64,000 nucleotides of DNA from Sphingosinicella sp. (GTDB lineage: Bacteria > Pseudomonadota > Alphaproteobacteria > Sphingomonadales > Sphingomonadaceae): assembly GCA_052388015.1 (NCBI GenBank), contig JBQTIN010000041.1. The stretch is one strand, 5' to 3'. Positions 28,742-38,808 of the stretch are shown here, piece after piece. Under the pieces are notes generated by a model, which made no database searches, was not told the origin of the DNA, and worked only from the letters and a program-made list of their open reading frames with translations. Position 1 is the first letter of the stretch. Every line of letters starts with the position of its first letter. The position numbers and the translations under genes are program-made.

Positions 28742-29740
28742 ATGGCCGCCAATGCCTCGCGCGCGCTTTTGTGTTGGTATGCTGTGCATAAGCGCGACCT
28801 GCCGTGGCGCGCGAGGGCCGGCGAGACGCCCGATCCCTATCGAATCTGGCTGTCGGAGATCATGCTCCAGCAGACGACGGTCGCGGCGGTGAAACCCTAT
28901 TTCGCCGCCTTCACCGGGCGCTGGCCGGCCGTCGAGACGCTCGCCGCGGAGGCGGATCAGGAGGTCATGCGCGCCTGGGCCGGGCTCGGCTATTATGCCC
29001 GGGCGCGCAATCTGCTCGCCTGCGCGCGGGCGGTCGTGGCCGAACATGGCGGCGATTTTCCGGCGGACGAAGCGGTCCTGAGGAAGCTGCCCGGCATCGG
29101 CGCCTATACCGCCGCCGCCATCGTGGCGATCGCCTTCGGTAGGCGGGCGGTGGTGGTCGACGGCAATGTCGAGCGGGTGATCGTCCGGCTCCACGGGCTT
29201 GAGGAGCCCTTGCCGAAGGCTCGGCCGTGCATCCGCGCACTCGCCGACGCGATGACACCCGACGAGGGCGCCGGCGACTTCGCCCAGGCGATGATGGACC
29301 TGGGCGCGACGATCTGCACGCCGCGCAACCCCGATTGTGGGAATTGCCCGCTCACTGGCCATTGCGCCGCTTATGCCAGCGGCGATCCGTCGCGCTATCC
29401 GGTCAAGGCCGCGAAAGCGGCGCGCCCGCATCGCGAGGGCGTGGCCTATTGGCTGGAGCGGAGCGGCAAGGTGCTGCTGGTGCGCAGGCCGGCAAAGGGG
29501 CTGCTTGGCGGCATGCTGGCCCTGCCCGAAGAGCGTCCCGCCGAGGCGGCGTGGCGCGATGCGGGCGCGGTGGACCATGTCTTCACCCATTTCAGCCTGA
29601 CGATGCGGCTCCGCTGCGCGGAGGCGGATGCGAATATGGATGGCGTCTGGTGGCCGGTCGAGCGGATCGGCGAGGCTGGGTTGCCGACCCTGTTCGCCAA
29701 GCTCGCCGCGCGCGGTCTCGCCTGGCGGGAGGCGGCATGA
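28742..29740 (+). CDS. mutY: A/G-specific adenine glycosylase
   Basis: SEIMLQQT, GLGYYARARNL, HhH LPGIG, VDGNV, four-Cys Fe-S motif. Confidence 0.95.
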   Translation: MAANASRALLCWYAVHKRDLPWRARAGETPDPYRIWLSEIMLQQTTVAAVKPYFAAFTGRWPAVETLAAEADQEVMRAWAGLGYYARARNLLACARAVVAEHGGDFPADEAVLRKLPGIGAYTAAAIVAIAFGRRAVVVDGNVERVIVRLHGLEEPLPKARPCIRALADAMTPDEGAGDFAQAMMDLGATICTPRNPDCGNCPLTGHCAAYASGDPSRYPVKAAKAARPHREGVAYWLERSGKVLLVRRPAKGLLGGMLALPEERPAEAAWRDAGAVDHVFTHFSLTMRLRCAEADANMDGVWWPVERIGEAGLPTLFAKLAARGLAWREAA

Positions 29741-30543
29741 GGCTGCTCGCCTTCCTCGCGCTGCTCCTCCTCGCCGTTCCCGCGGCGGCGGAAGCGGAGG
29801 AACGCGCCTACGGCCCCGATCCGCGCCAGCGGCCGGATTACACGCCGGCCGCGCGAAGCGGCGCGCCGCTCGTCATCTTCATCCATGGCGGCGCCTGGAG
29901 CTTCGGCGACAAAAGCGCCGCCGCGCATATGGCGCCTTATTTCCACAATCTGGGCTATGCCTTCGCCGCGCTCAACTATCGGCTCGTGCCCAACGCCACC
30001 GTCCGCCAGCAGGCGGAGGATATCGCCGCCGCCGTCGCCCGGCTCCGCCGCGACACCGGCGCGCGGCTGTTGCTGCTGATGGGCCACAGCGCCGGCGCCC
30101 ATCTCGCCGCTCTGGTCGCCACCGACCCTGACTATCTCGCCGCGCATCGCCTCACGCCGGCCGTGATCGACGGCGTCGTCCTGCTCGACGGCGCCGGCTA
30201 CGACGTCGTCGCCCAGATGCACGGCGCCGGACCGTTCCTGCGGCGCATGTACCGGAACGCCTTCGGTGACGATGAGGATCTCCGGGTCCGGCTGTCGCCG
30301 ATCAGCCACAGCTTGGCGCCCAATGCCGGCGAGTTCCTGATCCTCCACGTTGCGCGGCGGGACGATTCGCGCGAGCAGTCGGTCGGCCTGATGGCGGCGC
30401 TGCGCGCCGGCGGAACGCCCGCGACCGTTGAGGCGGTCGACGACAGCCATTCCTCGATCTTCCGCCAGTTCGGAACGGCCGGCCACCGCGCCACGGCGCT
30501 CGTCGGCGCCTTTGCCGCACGGGTGCTGGAGTCCCGGCGATGA
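29737..30543 (+). CDS. Secreted alpha/beta hydrolase (esterase, HGG type)
   Basis: HGGAW, NYRL, GHSAGAH; ATGA coupling to mutY. Confidence 0.88.
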   Translation: MRLLAFLALLLLAVPAAAEAEERAYGPDPRQRPDYTPAARSGAPLVIFIHGGAWSFGDKSAAAHMAPYFHNLGYAFAALNYRLVPNATVRQQAEDIAAAVARLRRDTGARLLLLMGHSAGAHLAALVATDPDYLAAHRLTPAVIDGVVLLDGAGYDVVAQMHGAGPFLRRMYRNAFGDDEDLRVRLSPISHSLAPNAGEFLILHVARRDDSREQSVGLMAALRAGGTPATVEAVDDSHSSIFRQFGTAGHRATALVGAFAARVLESRR

Positions 30544-31406
30544 CCGGCTTCACCGGCGCCGGGCTCGATCGGGCCGATCACCTGCGCTTCCGGCCCGGCG
30601 AGGTCGCGGCGCTCGCCGGGCGCGAGGATGCGCGCCTGCTCGATCTGGCGCTGCTCGATCCGGTGCTGGACGAGGCGGATCGGCTGAGCTGGTCGGCGTT
30701 CAATGGCGCCGGCGAGACGATCTTCCTCGGCTTCGCGGATGGCGTTCCGTTGTTCGCGCCTTTGGTGTCTGACGCGCCGCCCGGCCGCCGCGCCTGGAGC
30801 ATTTTCGGCCTGCTCGGCCGGATGGAGCGACGCGACGCGGCGATCTGGGCGACCGCGCGCAGCCTCAACGAATGGCATTCGGGCCATCCCTGTTGCGCTC
30901 GCTGCGGCGCGCCGACGGAGCCCTTCCGGGCCGGCTGGGGCCGCAAATGCGGCGCCTGCGCGGCCGAGCATTTCCCGCGCGTCGATCCGGTCGTGATCAT
31001 GCTCGCCGAGCATGAGGGGAAGGTGCTGGTCGGCCGCCAGCACCAATATCCACCGGGCCGCTATTCGGCGCTCGCCGGCTTCGTCGAGCATGGGGAATCG
31101 ATCGAGGAGGCAGTGCGGCGCGAGTTGCTGGAGGAAGCGGGCGTGGCGGTCGGCGAGGTTCGCTATGTGGCCAGCCAGCCCTGGCCCTTTCCCGGCTCGC
31201 TGATGATCGGCTGCCACGCCTTCACCGCGTCGGATGCGTTGACGCTCGATCCCGCCGAGATCGAGCATGCGATCTGGGTCGATCGCGGTCAGGCGCGCGC
31301 GGCGCTGGCCGGCGACGCCGACGCCGTGTTCCAGGCGCCGCCGCCTTATGCGATCGCCCATACGTTGCTGGCCAAATGGGTCGAGGAAGAAGGAGAGAGA
31401 GGATGA
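30540..31406 (+). CDS. nudC: NAD(+) diphosphatase
   Basis: Zinc ribbon, FPRVDP, Nudix box, SQPWPFP. Confidence 0.95.
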   Translation: MTGFTGAGLDRADHLRFRPGEVAALAGREDARLLDLALLDPVLDEADRLSWSAFNGAGETIFLGFADGVPLFAPLVSDAPPGRRAWSIFGLLGRMERRDAAIWATARSLNEWHSGHPCCARCGAPTEPFRAGWGRKCGACAAEHFPRVDPVVIMLAEHEGKVLVGRQHQYPPGRYSALAGFVEHGESIEEAVRRELLEEAGVAVGEVRYVASQPWPFPGSLMIGCHAFTASDALTLDPAEIEHAIWVDRGQARAALAGDADAVFQAPPPYAIAHTLLAKWVEEEGERG

Positions 31407-31903
31407 AGGCGGTTTGGGGCGCGGCCGCGACGGCCGCCTTGCTGGGCGCCTGCGCCGGCGGGCCGGGCATGCAGCGCGCCGTGCTGGGCGTGTCGATGAC
31501 CGGCATCCAGGAGGTTCCCGGCCCGGGCGATCCGGACGGCAACGGCACGGTCGAGGTCCGCGTCGATCCGCGCACCGGGGAAGTTTGTTGGAATCTTTAC
31601 GCCCGCCAGATCGATCCGGCGACCGCCGCCCATATCCATCGCGGCGCGGCGGGCGTCACCGGCCCGCCGGTGCTGACATTGACCACGCCCGACGCGGCGG
31701 GGCGCAGCCAGGGCTGCCAGCTCGCCGAGCTTGGCCTGGCGCGCGAGATCGGGATGCGCGGCTACGATTTCTATGTGAACGTCCACACCGCCGCGCAGCC
31801 GGCCGGGGCGATCCGCGGCCAGCTGCGCGGCGAGGGGATCATTCGGGAGCGGTCGCCGCGCCGCCGGGGCGGCGTGACCGGGCCGGGCCCGACCGAGCGC
31901 TAG
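31403..31903 (+). CDS. CHRD-domain lipoprotein
   Basis: LGAC lipobox, AAHIHRG, FYVNVHT, GAIRGQL. Confidence 0.9.
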   Translation: MKAVWGAAATAALLGACAGGPGMQRAVLGVSMTGIQEVPGPGDPDGNGTVEVRVDPRTGEVCWNLYARQIDPATAAHIHRGAAGVTGPPVLTLTTPDAAGRSQGCQLAELGLAREIGMRGYDFYVNVHTAAQPAGAIRGQLRGEGIIRERSPRRRGGVTGPGPTER

Positions 31904-32372
31904 GCTTCCGGCTTTTTGCCGGCGCCTTCCGGGCCGGTTTGGCCTTGCTCGCCGGTGTCGCCTTGGCGGCGGGCTTGGCCGCCGCTTTCGGCTTGCGCGC
32001 CACGGCAGGCTTCGCTCCCGGCTTGCGGGCGGCGCTTCTCGCCGAGGCCGCGCGCGCGGGCTTTGTCGCGGGCTCGCGCCGGGCCTGCTCAAAGCCTTCG
32101 ACGAAGCGCCGCGCCCCTTCGATCGCGGCGGCGCGCAGCATGTCGCCGAGATCGAGCGCGTCGAGCGTCGCCTTGCGCTGCCGGTCGCCCGCCGCGCGCA
32201 GTTCGGCCGAGGTGCGCTCGACCAAAGCCTCGGCCGCGGCGGTGAGGCCGGCGACGGCGAAATCGCGCACGACCGGCCCGTCGACCAGCTTCAGCGCCTT
32301 CTTCGCCTGCTTGCGGACCTTCTTCGGCAGCTTCATGCCGCCCACCCGCTTCGGCACCTTGGTCTTGGCCAT
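31839..32372 (-). CDS. Basic protein with a Lys/Ala/Pro-rich histone-like tail
   Basis: KVPKRVGGMKLPKKVRK N-terminus; KPAAKA repeats. Confidence 0.7.
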   Translation of the reverse strand: MAKTKVPKRVGGMKLPKKVRKQAKKALKLVDGPVVRDFAVAGLTAAAEALVERTSAELRAAGDRQRKATLDALDLGDMLRAAAIEGARRFVEGFEQARREPATKPARAASARSAARKPGAKPAVARKPKAAAKPAAKATPASKAKPARKAPAKSRKPSARSGPARSRRPGGAATAPE

Positions 32373-32383
32373 CTGTTTCCCTT

Positions 32384-32776
32384 TCATTCAACGATGATCA
32401 GCGCCCGCATGCCGAGCGCCTGTTGGGCGAAATTATAGCTGCGCACCGGATAGCGGCCGCGCGCTGGAACGAGCGCGATCGTGCGCCGCTCGCCCGGCGC
32501 GAGCCGGAAGCGGCCGGTCATGACCAGGTCCTCGTCGCCGCGCCGCAATCGTGCCTCACGAAAGAAACGAGGCGCGAAGAAGCTATGCGTCGCACGCCCC
32601 TCATTGACGAAGCGCAAGCGCACCGCGCGCCCGGCCTCGAGGCGGATCGTGCGCGGCTCATAAGCGAAGGGGCGCAGCAGCACGTCATATTCGGGGGCGG
32701 TGCGCCATTCAGGCTCGCGCTGCGCCGCGGCCGGCGCGGCGGCGAGGACAAGGACAAATGCAAGCAACGCACGCAT
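32384..32776 (-). CDS. Cupredoxin-fold secreted protein lacking the type-1 Cu Cys
   Basis: FAYEPRTIRL..VRLRFVN..H, LAPGE, GRY...GM; no Cys. Confidence 0.75.
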   Translation of the reverse strand: MRALLAFVLVLAAAPAAAQREPEWRTAPEYDVLLRPFAYEPRTIRLEAGRAVRLRFVNEGRATHSFFAPRFFREARLRRGDEDLVMTGRFRLAPGERRTIALVPARGRYPVRSYNFAQQALGMRALIIVE

Positions 32777-32813
32777 CGGCGACCCTTTCGGCCGCCGTCC
32801 TAACACGTCCGAA

Positions 32814-34391
32814 TCAGAAACGCAGCGGCTGAACCCTTCTCACGCCCGGCATGGCCGCGAGCCGGTCGACCAAAGCGGCGTCGATATGGCCATCCACCGC
32901 CACCAAAGCGACCGCCTCGCCGCCCGCCTCGCGCCGGCCGAGATGGAAGGTGGCGATATTGACCGCCGCCTCGCCCAGCGCCGTTCCCGCCCGGCCGATG
33001 AAGCCCGGTCTGTCCTCGTTGACGAAATAGAGCATCTCGCCGTCCAGCTCGGCCTCGATCGCGACGCCGAACATGTCGACAAGACGTGGCGCGGCATTGC
33101 CGAACAGGGTGCCGGCGACGGTCCGCTCGCCGTCCGGAGTCATCACCGTGACCCGGACGAGCGTGTGATAGTCGCCCTCGCGGTCGTGGCGGATCTCGCG
33201 CAGGTCGAGCCCCCGCTCACGCGCCAGGAAGGGCGCGTTGACCATGTTCACCGTGTCGGAATAGGTCTTCATCAGCCCGGCCAGCACCGCGCCGGTGATC
33301 GGCTTCTGGTTGAGCTCCGCGGCCGCGCCCTCGACCTCGACCGAAACGCCGCTGATCCCTTCGCCCTCGACCTGGCCGACCAGCGATCCGAGCTTTTCGG
33401 CCAGCTCCATATAGGGCCTCAGCTTCGGCGCTTCCTCGGCACTGAGCGAGGGCATGTTGAGCGCGTTCGAGACGCCGCCGCGGATCAGATAGTCGCTCAT
33501 CTGCTCGGCGATCTGGATCGCGACATTGACCTGCGCCTCGGTGGTCGAGGCGCCGAGATGGGGCGTCGCGACGAGATTGGGCGCGCCGAACAAGGCATTG
33601 TCCTTCGCTGGCTCGTCGACGAACACGTCGAGCGCCGCGCCGGCGACCTGGCCGCTCTCAAGAGCCGCCTTCAGCGCCGCTTCGTCGATCAGCCCGCCGC
33701 GTGCGCAATTGACGATGCGGACGCCGGGCTTGGTCCTGGCCAGATTGTCGGCGGAGAGAATGTTGCGGGTCTGGTCGGTGAGCGGGGTATGGAGGGTGAT
33801 GAAGTCGGCGCGCGCCAGCAGCTGGTCGAGCTCGACCTTCTCGACGCCGAGATCGAGCGCCCGCTCCGGCGTCAGATAGGGATCGTAGGCGATCACCTTC
33901 ATCCTCAGGCCGAGCGCCCGGTCGGCGACGATCGACCCGATATTGCCGCAGCCGATCAGGCCGAGCGTTTTCGAGGTCAGCTCGACGCCCATGAAGCGGT
34001 TCTTCTCCCACTTGCCCGCCTGGGTGGAGGCGTCCGCCTGCGGCAGCTCGCGTGCCAAGGCGAACATGAGCGCGATGGCATGCTCGGCGGTGGTGATCGA
34101 ATTGCCGAGCGGCGTGTTCATCACCACGACGCCGCGCGCGGTGGCGGCCGCTACATCGACATTGTCGACGCCGATTCCGGCCCGGCCGATGACCTTGAGG
34201 TTCGGCGTGGCGGCGAGCAGATCGGCGGTGACCTTGGTCGCCGAGCGGATCGCGAGCCCGTCATATTCGGGCAGGATCGCCTTCAGCTCGTCCTTTGACA
34301 GGCCGGGCCGCTCGTCGACCTCGACACCATTGGCGCGGAAAATCTCGACGGCGTTCGGATCCATCCGATCCGAGATGAGAACCTTGGGCAT
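32814..34391 (-). CDS. serA: D-3-phosphoglycerate dehydrogenase
   Basis: Start MPKVLISD; GRAGIGVDNVD, GCGNIG, TPHLGAST, C-terminal ACT domain. Confidence 0.96.
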   Translation of the reverse strand: MPKVLISDRMDPNAVEIFRANGVEVDERPGLSKDELKAILPEYDGLAIRSATKVTADLLAATPNLKVIGRAGIGVDNVDVAAATARGVVVMNTPLGNSITTAEHAIALMFALARELPQADASTQAGKWEKNRFMGVELTSKTLGLIGCGNIGSIVADRALGLRMKVIAYDPYLTPERALDLGVEKVELDQLLARADFITLHTPLTDQTRNILSADNLARTKPGVRIVNCARGGLIDEAALKAALESGQVAGAALDVFVDEPAKDNALFGAPNLVATPHLGASTTEAQVNVAIQIAEQMSDYLIRGGVSNALNMPSLSAEEAPKLRPYMELAEKLGSLVGQVEGEGISGVSVEVEGAAAELNQKPITGAVLAGLMKTYSDTVNMVNAPFLARERGLDLREIRHDREGDYHTLVRVTVMTPDGERTVAGTLFGNAAPRLVDMFGVAIEAELDGEMLYFVNEDRPGFIGRAGTALGEAAVNIATFHLGRREAGGEAVALVAVDGHIDAALVDRLAAMPGVRRVQPLRF

Positions 34392-34393
34392 GT

Positions 34394-35563
34394 TCAGGCG
34401 TCCTGGCTTTGGATGGCGGTATGGAAGGCCCAGTCGAGCCAGGGGCCGAGCGCCTCGATATCCGCGCTGTCGACGGTGGCGCCGCACCAGATGCGAAGGC
34501 CGGGCGGGGCGTCGCGATAGGCGTTGATGTCGTAGGCGGCGTCCTCGGCCTCGAGCAGCGCATCGATCCGCTTGCCGAGCGCGCGGCGGCCGGCGTCGTC
34601 CAGATCGTCGACCGCTCCTTCCGCGAATTTGAAGCAGACGCTGGTGTTGCTGCGCGTCGCCGGATCGGCGGCGAGATGCTCGGCCCAGGCGCTGCGTTCG
34701 GCCCAGTCCGACAGCACGGCGGCATTGGCTTCGGCGCGCTCGATCAGAGCATAGAGCCCGCCCTGCATCTCGGCCCATTCGAGCGCCCAGATATAGTCCT
34801 CGACCGCGAGCATCGACGGCGTGTTGATCGTCTCGCCCTTGAACACGCCTTCGATCAGCGCGCCGCCTTTCGTGAGCCGGAAGATTTTTGGCATCGGCCA
34901 GGCTGGCGCGTGGCTTTCGAGCCGCTCGACCGCGCGGGGGCCGAGGATCAGCATGCCGTGGCCGCCCTCGCCGCCCAGCACCTTCTGCCAGGAGAAGGTC
35001 GCGACATCGATCTTGTCCCACGGCAAATCGGTCGCGAAGGCGGCCGAGGTCGCGTCGCAGATCGTCAGCCCCTCGCGATCGTCGGCGATCCAGTCGCCGT
35101 CCGGCACGCGCACGCCCGAGGTCGTGCCGTTCCAGGTAAAGACGATGTCGCTCGCCGGATCGACCGCCGCGAGATCGGGGAGCTGGCCATAGTCGGCGCG
35201 CAGCACCTTGGCGTCCAGCTTGAGCTGCTTCGCCACGTCCGTCACCCAGCCCTCGCCGAAGCTCTCCCAGGCGAGCAGCGTGACGGGCCTCGGCCCGAGC
35301 AGGCCCCAGAGCGCCATCTCCACCGCGCCGGTGTCGGAGGCGGGAACGATCGCGATCCGGTGCCCCGCCGGCACCTTCAGCACGTGCCGGGTCAGCTCGA
35401 TCGCATGGGCGAGCCGCGCCTTGCCGAGCTTTGAGCGGTGCGAGCGGCCGAGGCTGCCGGTGGCGAGCTTTGATGGAGACCAGCCCGGCGGCTTCGCGCA
35501 CGGGCCCGAGGAAAAATAAGGACGCGCCGGTTTCACCGCCGGCTTCGGCAACAAGTCAGTCAT
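34394..35563 (-). CDS. serC: Phosphoserine aminotransferase
   Basis: [20 protein letters not shown] (PLP Lys), LRIWCGATV; upstream of serA. Confidence 0.95.
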   Translation of the reverse strand: MTDLLPKPAVKPARPYFSSGPCAKPPGWSPSKLATGSLGRSHRSKLGKARLAHAIELTRHVLKVPAGHRIAIVPASDTGAVEMALWGLLGPRPVTLLAWESFGEGWVTDVAKQLKLDAKVLRADYGQLPDLAAVDPASDIVFTWNGTTSGVRVPDGDWIADDREGLTICDATSAAFATDLPWDKIDVATFSWQKVLGGEGGHGMLILGPRAVERLESHAPAWPMPKIFRLTKGGALIEGVFKGETINTPSMLAVEDYIWALEWAEMQGGLYALIERAEANAAVLSDWAERSAWAEHLAADPATRSNTSVCFKFAEGAVDDLDDAGRRALGKRIDALLEAEDAAYDINAYRDAPPGLRIWCGATVDSADIEALGPWLDWAFHTAIQSQDA

Positions 35564-35569
35564 CACGTC

Positions 35570-35616
35570 TCTCCTTCCAGAGAGACCGCACCGCGTTGGG
35601 GCGGCGTGGCCCGTGG
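35570..35616 (-). ncRNA. serC leader RNA motif
   Basis: Minus strand GGGCCACGCCGCCCCAACGCGGTGCGGTCTCTCTGGAAGGAGA directly before the serC start; resembles the alphaproteobacterial serC leader. Confidence 0.7.
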
Positions 35617-35688
35617 ACGGGCTTAAGGGCAGTGCCGCCGCGGCTCAACCCCTTGCGTCGGTGCGGCACATCGGGTGATCATCGGGGC

Positions 35689-36444
35689 ATGGCAATCGTT
35701 CGCGATTTCGGCCTCGCCCTGGCAATCGGCTCGACCCTGGGCTGGGCGTTACCCGCCGATGGGCAGCGCTTTCCTTCGATCATACCTCAGGGCTCCGAGA
35801 CGATCCGGTTTGAGGCGGAAAGGATCATCGCCCGGCCGAGCATCTCGGTCCGCAGCTTCATCCTCACCGGTCTGGTGATCCCGGCGGAAGGTCGAAACCT
35901 CTCGTTGCGCTGTTCGCTGGGTCGAGAACTGGGCGGCGTGGCGGTGTGCGATGTCCCGGGCCGGCAAGGCGATATCGAACAGGCGGCCGCCGAGCTGGCC
36001 GAGCATTACCGGTTTCGGCTGGACGAGCGCCTGCAGGACTCTGCCTCCATGCTTGTCGTCGTGATCCCGGAGCACATTTCACCCGCCGATATCCGAACAG
36101 CAACGGCCAACTTGCCGCTGATCCCGCTGGCCCAGATCCATTTCGAACGTAGAGCCTCGGAAGATGAGCTGGGCGAGCTGTATCCGCGCCACGTTGGCCA
36201 TCGCGAACTGACGCCGACGGTGAGGATGGATTGCGAGATATTGCCGGACCTCGCTCTGCTGTGCGTCGATCCGGAGGTCTCAGGCCTCGATCCCGACGAC
36301 CCGGCGTATCGGGCCTTTCAGCTGGCCGGGCTCCAGGCCACCGGCTTCTTCCGCCCGTCGGCCACGTTGACGAGCGGGGCGGCCGCGCCCGGCCATCGGT
36401 TCAGAATGGCGTTTCGTTTCCAGCCGCCATCCTTCGCGAAATAG
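35689..36444 (+). CDS. Secreted hypothetical protein, possibly two TonB C-terminal-like domains
   Basis: Signal peptide; two paired-Cys modules (LRC...VCDV and MDC...LCVD). Confidence 0.55.
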   Translation: MAIVRDFGLALAIGSTLGWALPADGQRFPSIIPQGSETIRFEAERIIARPSISVRSFILTGLVIPAEGRNLSLRCSLGRELGGVAVCDVPGRQGDIEQAAAELAEHYRFRLDERLQDSASMLVVVIPEHISPADIRTATANLPLIPLAQIHFERRASEDELGELYPRHVGHRELTPTVRMDCEILPDLALLCVDPEVSGLDPDDPAYRAFQLAGLQATGFFRPSATLTSGAAAPGHRFRMAFRFQPPSFAK

Positions 36445-36474
36445 CCCATCGTGGATGACGGCGGCGCAAGACTG

Positions 36475-37116
36475 ATGCCTGCCCGGTCGCAGGTGGTCAT
36501 TGTGATCCTCGCGCTCGGTGTACTTGCCGCCTGCATCCCGCGCGGCGACCGGCCCGAGCCGCCGCGGCCGGACATCCGCAACCCGGTGACGACGCAATGC
36601 ACCGTCGATCTCGCCCGCGAGCGGGTCGGCTTTCGAGTGCTGCCGGACCGAAGGTTCGGCGGCGGCTGCTCGGCGCTCGGCGCGGTCCAGCTCACCGAGA
36701 TCGGCACGCCGGTGACCAATCTCGGCGCGATGACCTGTCCGGTCGCCCGCGCTTTCGTCCAATGGACGCGCGCGGAGGTGCAGCCCGCCGCGCGCCGCTT
36801 CCTGCGGACCGCGGTGCGGCGGATCGAGACGTTCGGCACCTATTCCTGCCGCGGGGTCAACGGCGATCCCAATGCCCGCCTGTCCGAGCATGCCTTCGCC
36901 AATGCGGTGGACGTCTCCGCTTTCGTCCTCGCCGACGGGCGGCGGATCACGGTGCTGGACGGTTGGCGCGGCGGGGATGGGGATGTCCGCCGCTTCCTGC
37001 GCGCCGTGCATCAGGCCGGCTGCCGGCGTTTCACGATTACGCTGGGGCCGGACGCGAACCGGCTCCACGCCAACCATTTCCATTTCGATATGGGCCGCGG
37101 CCCTTATTGCCGCTAA
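36475..37116 (+). CDS. Extensin-like family lipoprotein
   Basis: GTYSCR, LSEHAFANAVDV, LGPD, HANHFHFD. Confidence 0.9.
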   Translation: MPARSQVVIVILALGVLAACIPRGDRPEPPRPDIRNPVTTQCTVDLARERVGFRVLPDRRFGGGCSALGAVQLTEIGTPVTNLGAMTCPVARAFVQWTRAEVQPAARRFLRTAVRRIETFGTYSCRGVNGDPNARLSEHAFANAVDVSAFVLADGRRITVLDGWRGGDGDVRRFLRAVHQAGCRRFTITLGPDANRLHANHFHFDMGRGPYCR

Positions 37117-37125
37117 TCGGCGGCG

Positions 37126-38010
37126 ATGACCGATCCGAAACAACCCAAGACCGGCTTCCGCTCGGCCCATGTCGAGGCGCGCGCCGCCGAGCAAGTGACG
37201 GAAAGCCCGCAGACGCTGGACCCCGCCTACCGGCTCGCCTTCCAGGACACCGAATTCCTGCTCCGGCCGGACCTGAGGCCGGTGCGCTTCCAGCTCGAAT
37301 TGCTGAAGCCCGAATTGCTGCTCGACGAGGCCAACATCGCCACCACCTTCGTCTTCTACGGCTCCGCGCGCATTCCCGCGCCGTCAAAGGCGGAGGCCTT
37401 GATCGAGGTCGCCGCGACGGACCAGCAGCGGCTGATCGCCGAGCGGCTGAAGGCCAAGGCGCATTTCTACGACGAAGCGCGAAAGCTGGCGCGGAAGGTC
37501 AGCCGGATCCCGCCCGACGCGGACGGGCGGCGGCAGTTTGTGGTCTGCTCGGGCGGCGGCCCGTCGATCATGGAGGCCGCCAATCGCGGCGCGGAGGACG
37601 AAGGGCAGGAATCGATCGGCCTCAACATCGTCCTGCCGCACGAGCAGGCCCCGAACGACTATGTGACGCCAAGCCTCAGCTTCCGCTTCCACTATTTCGC
37701 GCTCAGGAAGATGCATTTCCTGCTGCGGGCGCGGGCAGTGGCGGTCTTTCCCGGCGGCTACGGCACGTTCGACGAGGCGTTCGAGCTGCTGACGCTGGTC
37801 CAGACCGGCAAGGTCAGGCCGATGCCGATCCTGTTCTTCGGCCGCGAGTTTTGGGAGCGGGTGGTGAACTTCCCCGCTTTGGTCGAGGAAGGGGTGATCT
37901 CGGCCACCGACCTCGATCTCTTCACCTTCTGCGAGACGGCCGACGAGGCATGGGACGCGGTCTGCCGCCATTATGCCGGCAGCGAGGAAGATCCCCTGAT
38001 CGGGTGCTGA
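37126..38010 (+). CDS. LOG-family protein (TIGR00730-like)
   Basis: YGSARI, GGGPSIMEAANRGA, PGGYGTFDE. Confidence 0.92.
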   Translation: MTDPKQPKTGFRSAHVEARAAEQVTESPQTLDPAYRLAFQDTEFLLRPDLRPVRFQLELLKPELLLDEANIATTFVFYGSARIPAPSKAEALIEVAATDQQRLIAERLKAKAHFYDEARKLARKVSRIPPDADGRRQFVVCSGGGPSIMEAANRGAEDEGQESIGLNIVLPHEQAPNDYVTPSLSFRFHYFALRKMHFLLRARAVAVFPGGYGTFDEAFELLTLVQTGKVRPMPILFFGREFWERVVNFPALVEEGVISATDLDLFTFCETADEAWDAVCRHYAGSEEDPLIGC

Positions 38011-38029
38011 GCCGCGATCGACCCGGCCG

Positions 38030-38692
38030 CTACTGCTTGTTGTTCGTCGCGATCTGATTGGCCTGCGCCGCAGCGGCGTTGGTCGCCTCGGCCGCGCCGT
38101 TGCTTGCGGGCGCCGCGCCATTGCCCGCGGGGGCCGCGGCATTGCCCTCGGCCGCGCCGGCGGCGGGCGGCGGCGGGACCTGTAAATTGCCGCCATTCTG
38201 GTTGAGATAGAGGAGGATGTCGGCGCGGTCCTGCGGGTCGGACAGGCCGGCGAAGGTCATCCGCGTCCCGGCCGCGAAGGTGCGTGGGGACCGCAGCCAC
38301 TGGCTCATCGTCTCCCAGTCCCAGGTCCCGCCATGAGCGCGGAGCGGCTCGGAATAATTGAACCCCGGCGCATGCCGGGCGACGCCGGCGCCCATCACGC
38401 CGTAGAGGTTGGGCCCGAGGCCGGCGGCCCCGCCCTGGTTGATCGTGTGGCACGCCTGGCACTTGCCGAAGATCGCCTGGCCGCGGGTCGCATCGGCGGT
38501 CTGGAGATAATGGGCGATCGGCTGCTCGGCGGCCGCGCCGCCCTCGCCTTCCTCGACCACGCCGTTGATGGGATAGCCCATATGCTCGGGTCGCTCGGCC
38601 TTGAAGATTTCGCCGGTCACGAGCGTTGCGCCGAGCAGGACGATGCCGGCGCCGAGCGTCCATCCCGCAATGGTGTTGAACCGATCGTCCAT
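38030..38692 (-). CDS. Membrane-anchored cytochrome c (CycM-like)
   Basis: N-terminal TM, CQACH, GPNL, GTRMTFAG. Confidence 0.92.
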   Translation of the reverse strand: MDDRFNTIAGWTLGAGIVLLGATLVTGEIFKAERPEHMGYPINGVVEEGEGGAAAEQPIAHYLQTADATRGQAIFGKCQACHTINQGGAAGLGPNLYGVMGAGVARHAPGFNYSEPLRAHGGTWDWETMSQWLRSPRTFAAGTRMTFAGLSDPQDRADILLYLNQNGGNLQVPPPPAAGAAEGNAAAPAGNGAAPASNGAAEATNAAAAQANQIATNNKQ

Positions 38693-38808
38693 CCCTGTTC
38701 GAACCTTTCGCGCGCACCCCTCCGCCTCACCGGCGGTCGCTGCGCGCTCCTTTATGCGGCCATGGCGCGGGCCGCAAGCCGGGCGTTGGGGGCGCGCGCT
38801 TATGCCCG

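Noticed and set aside
32814-35501. Apparent 895-aa serA suggesting a SerC-SerA fusion
   Set aside because: The extension is an alternative frame of serC; serC has its own stop at 34394 and SerA starts at 34391.
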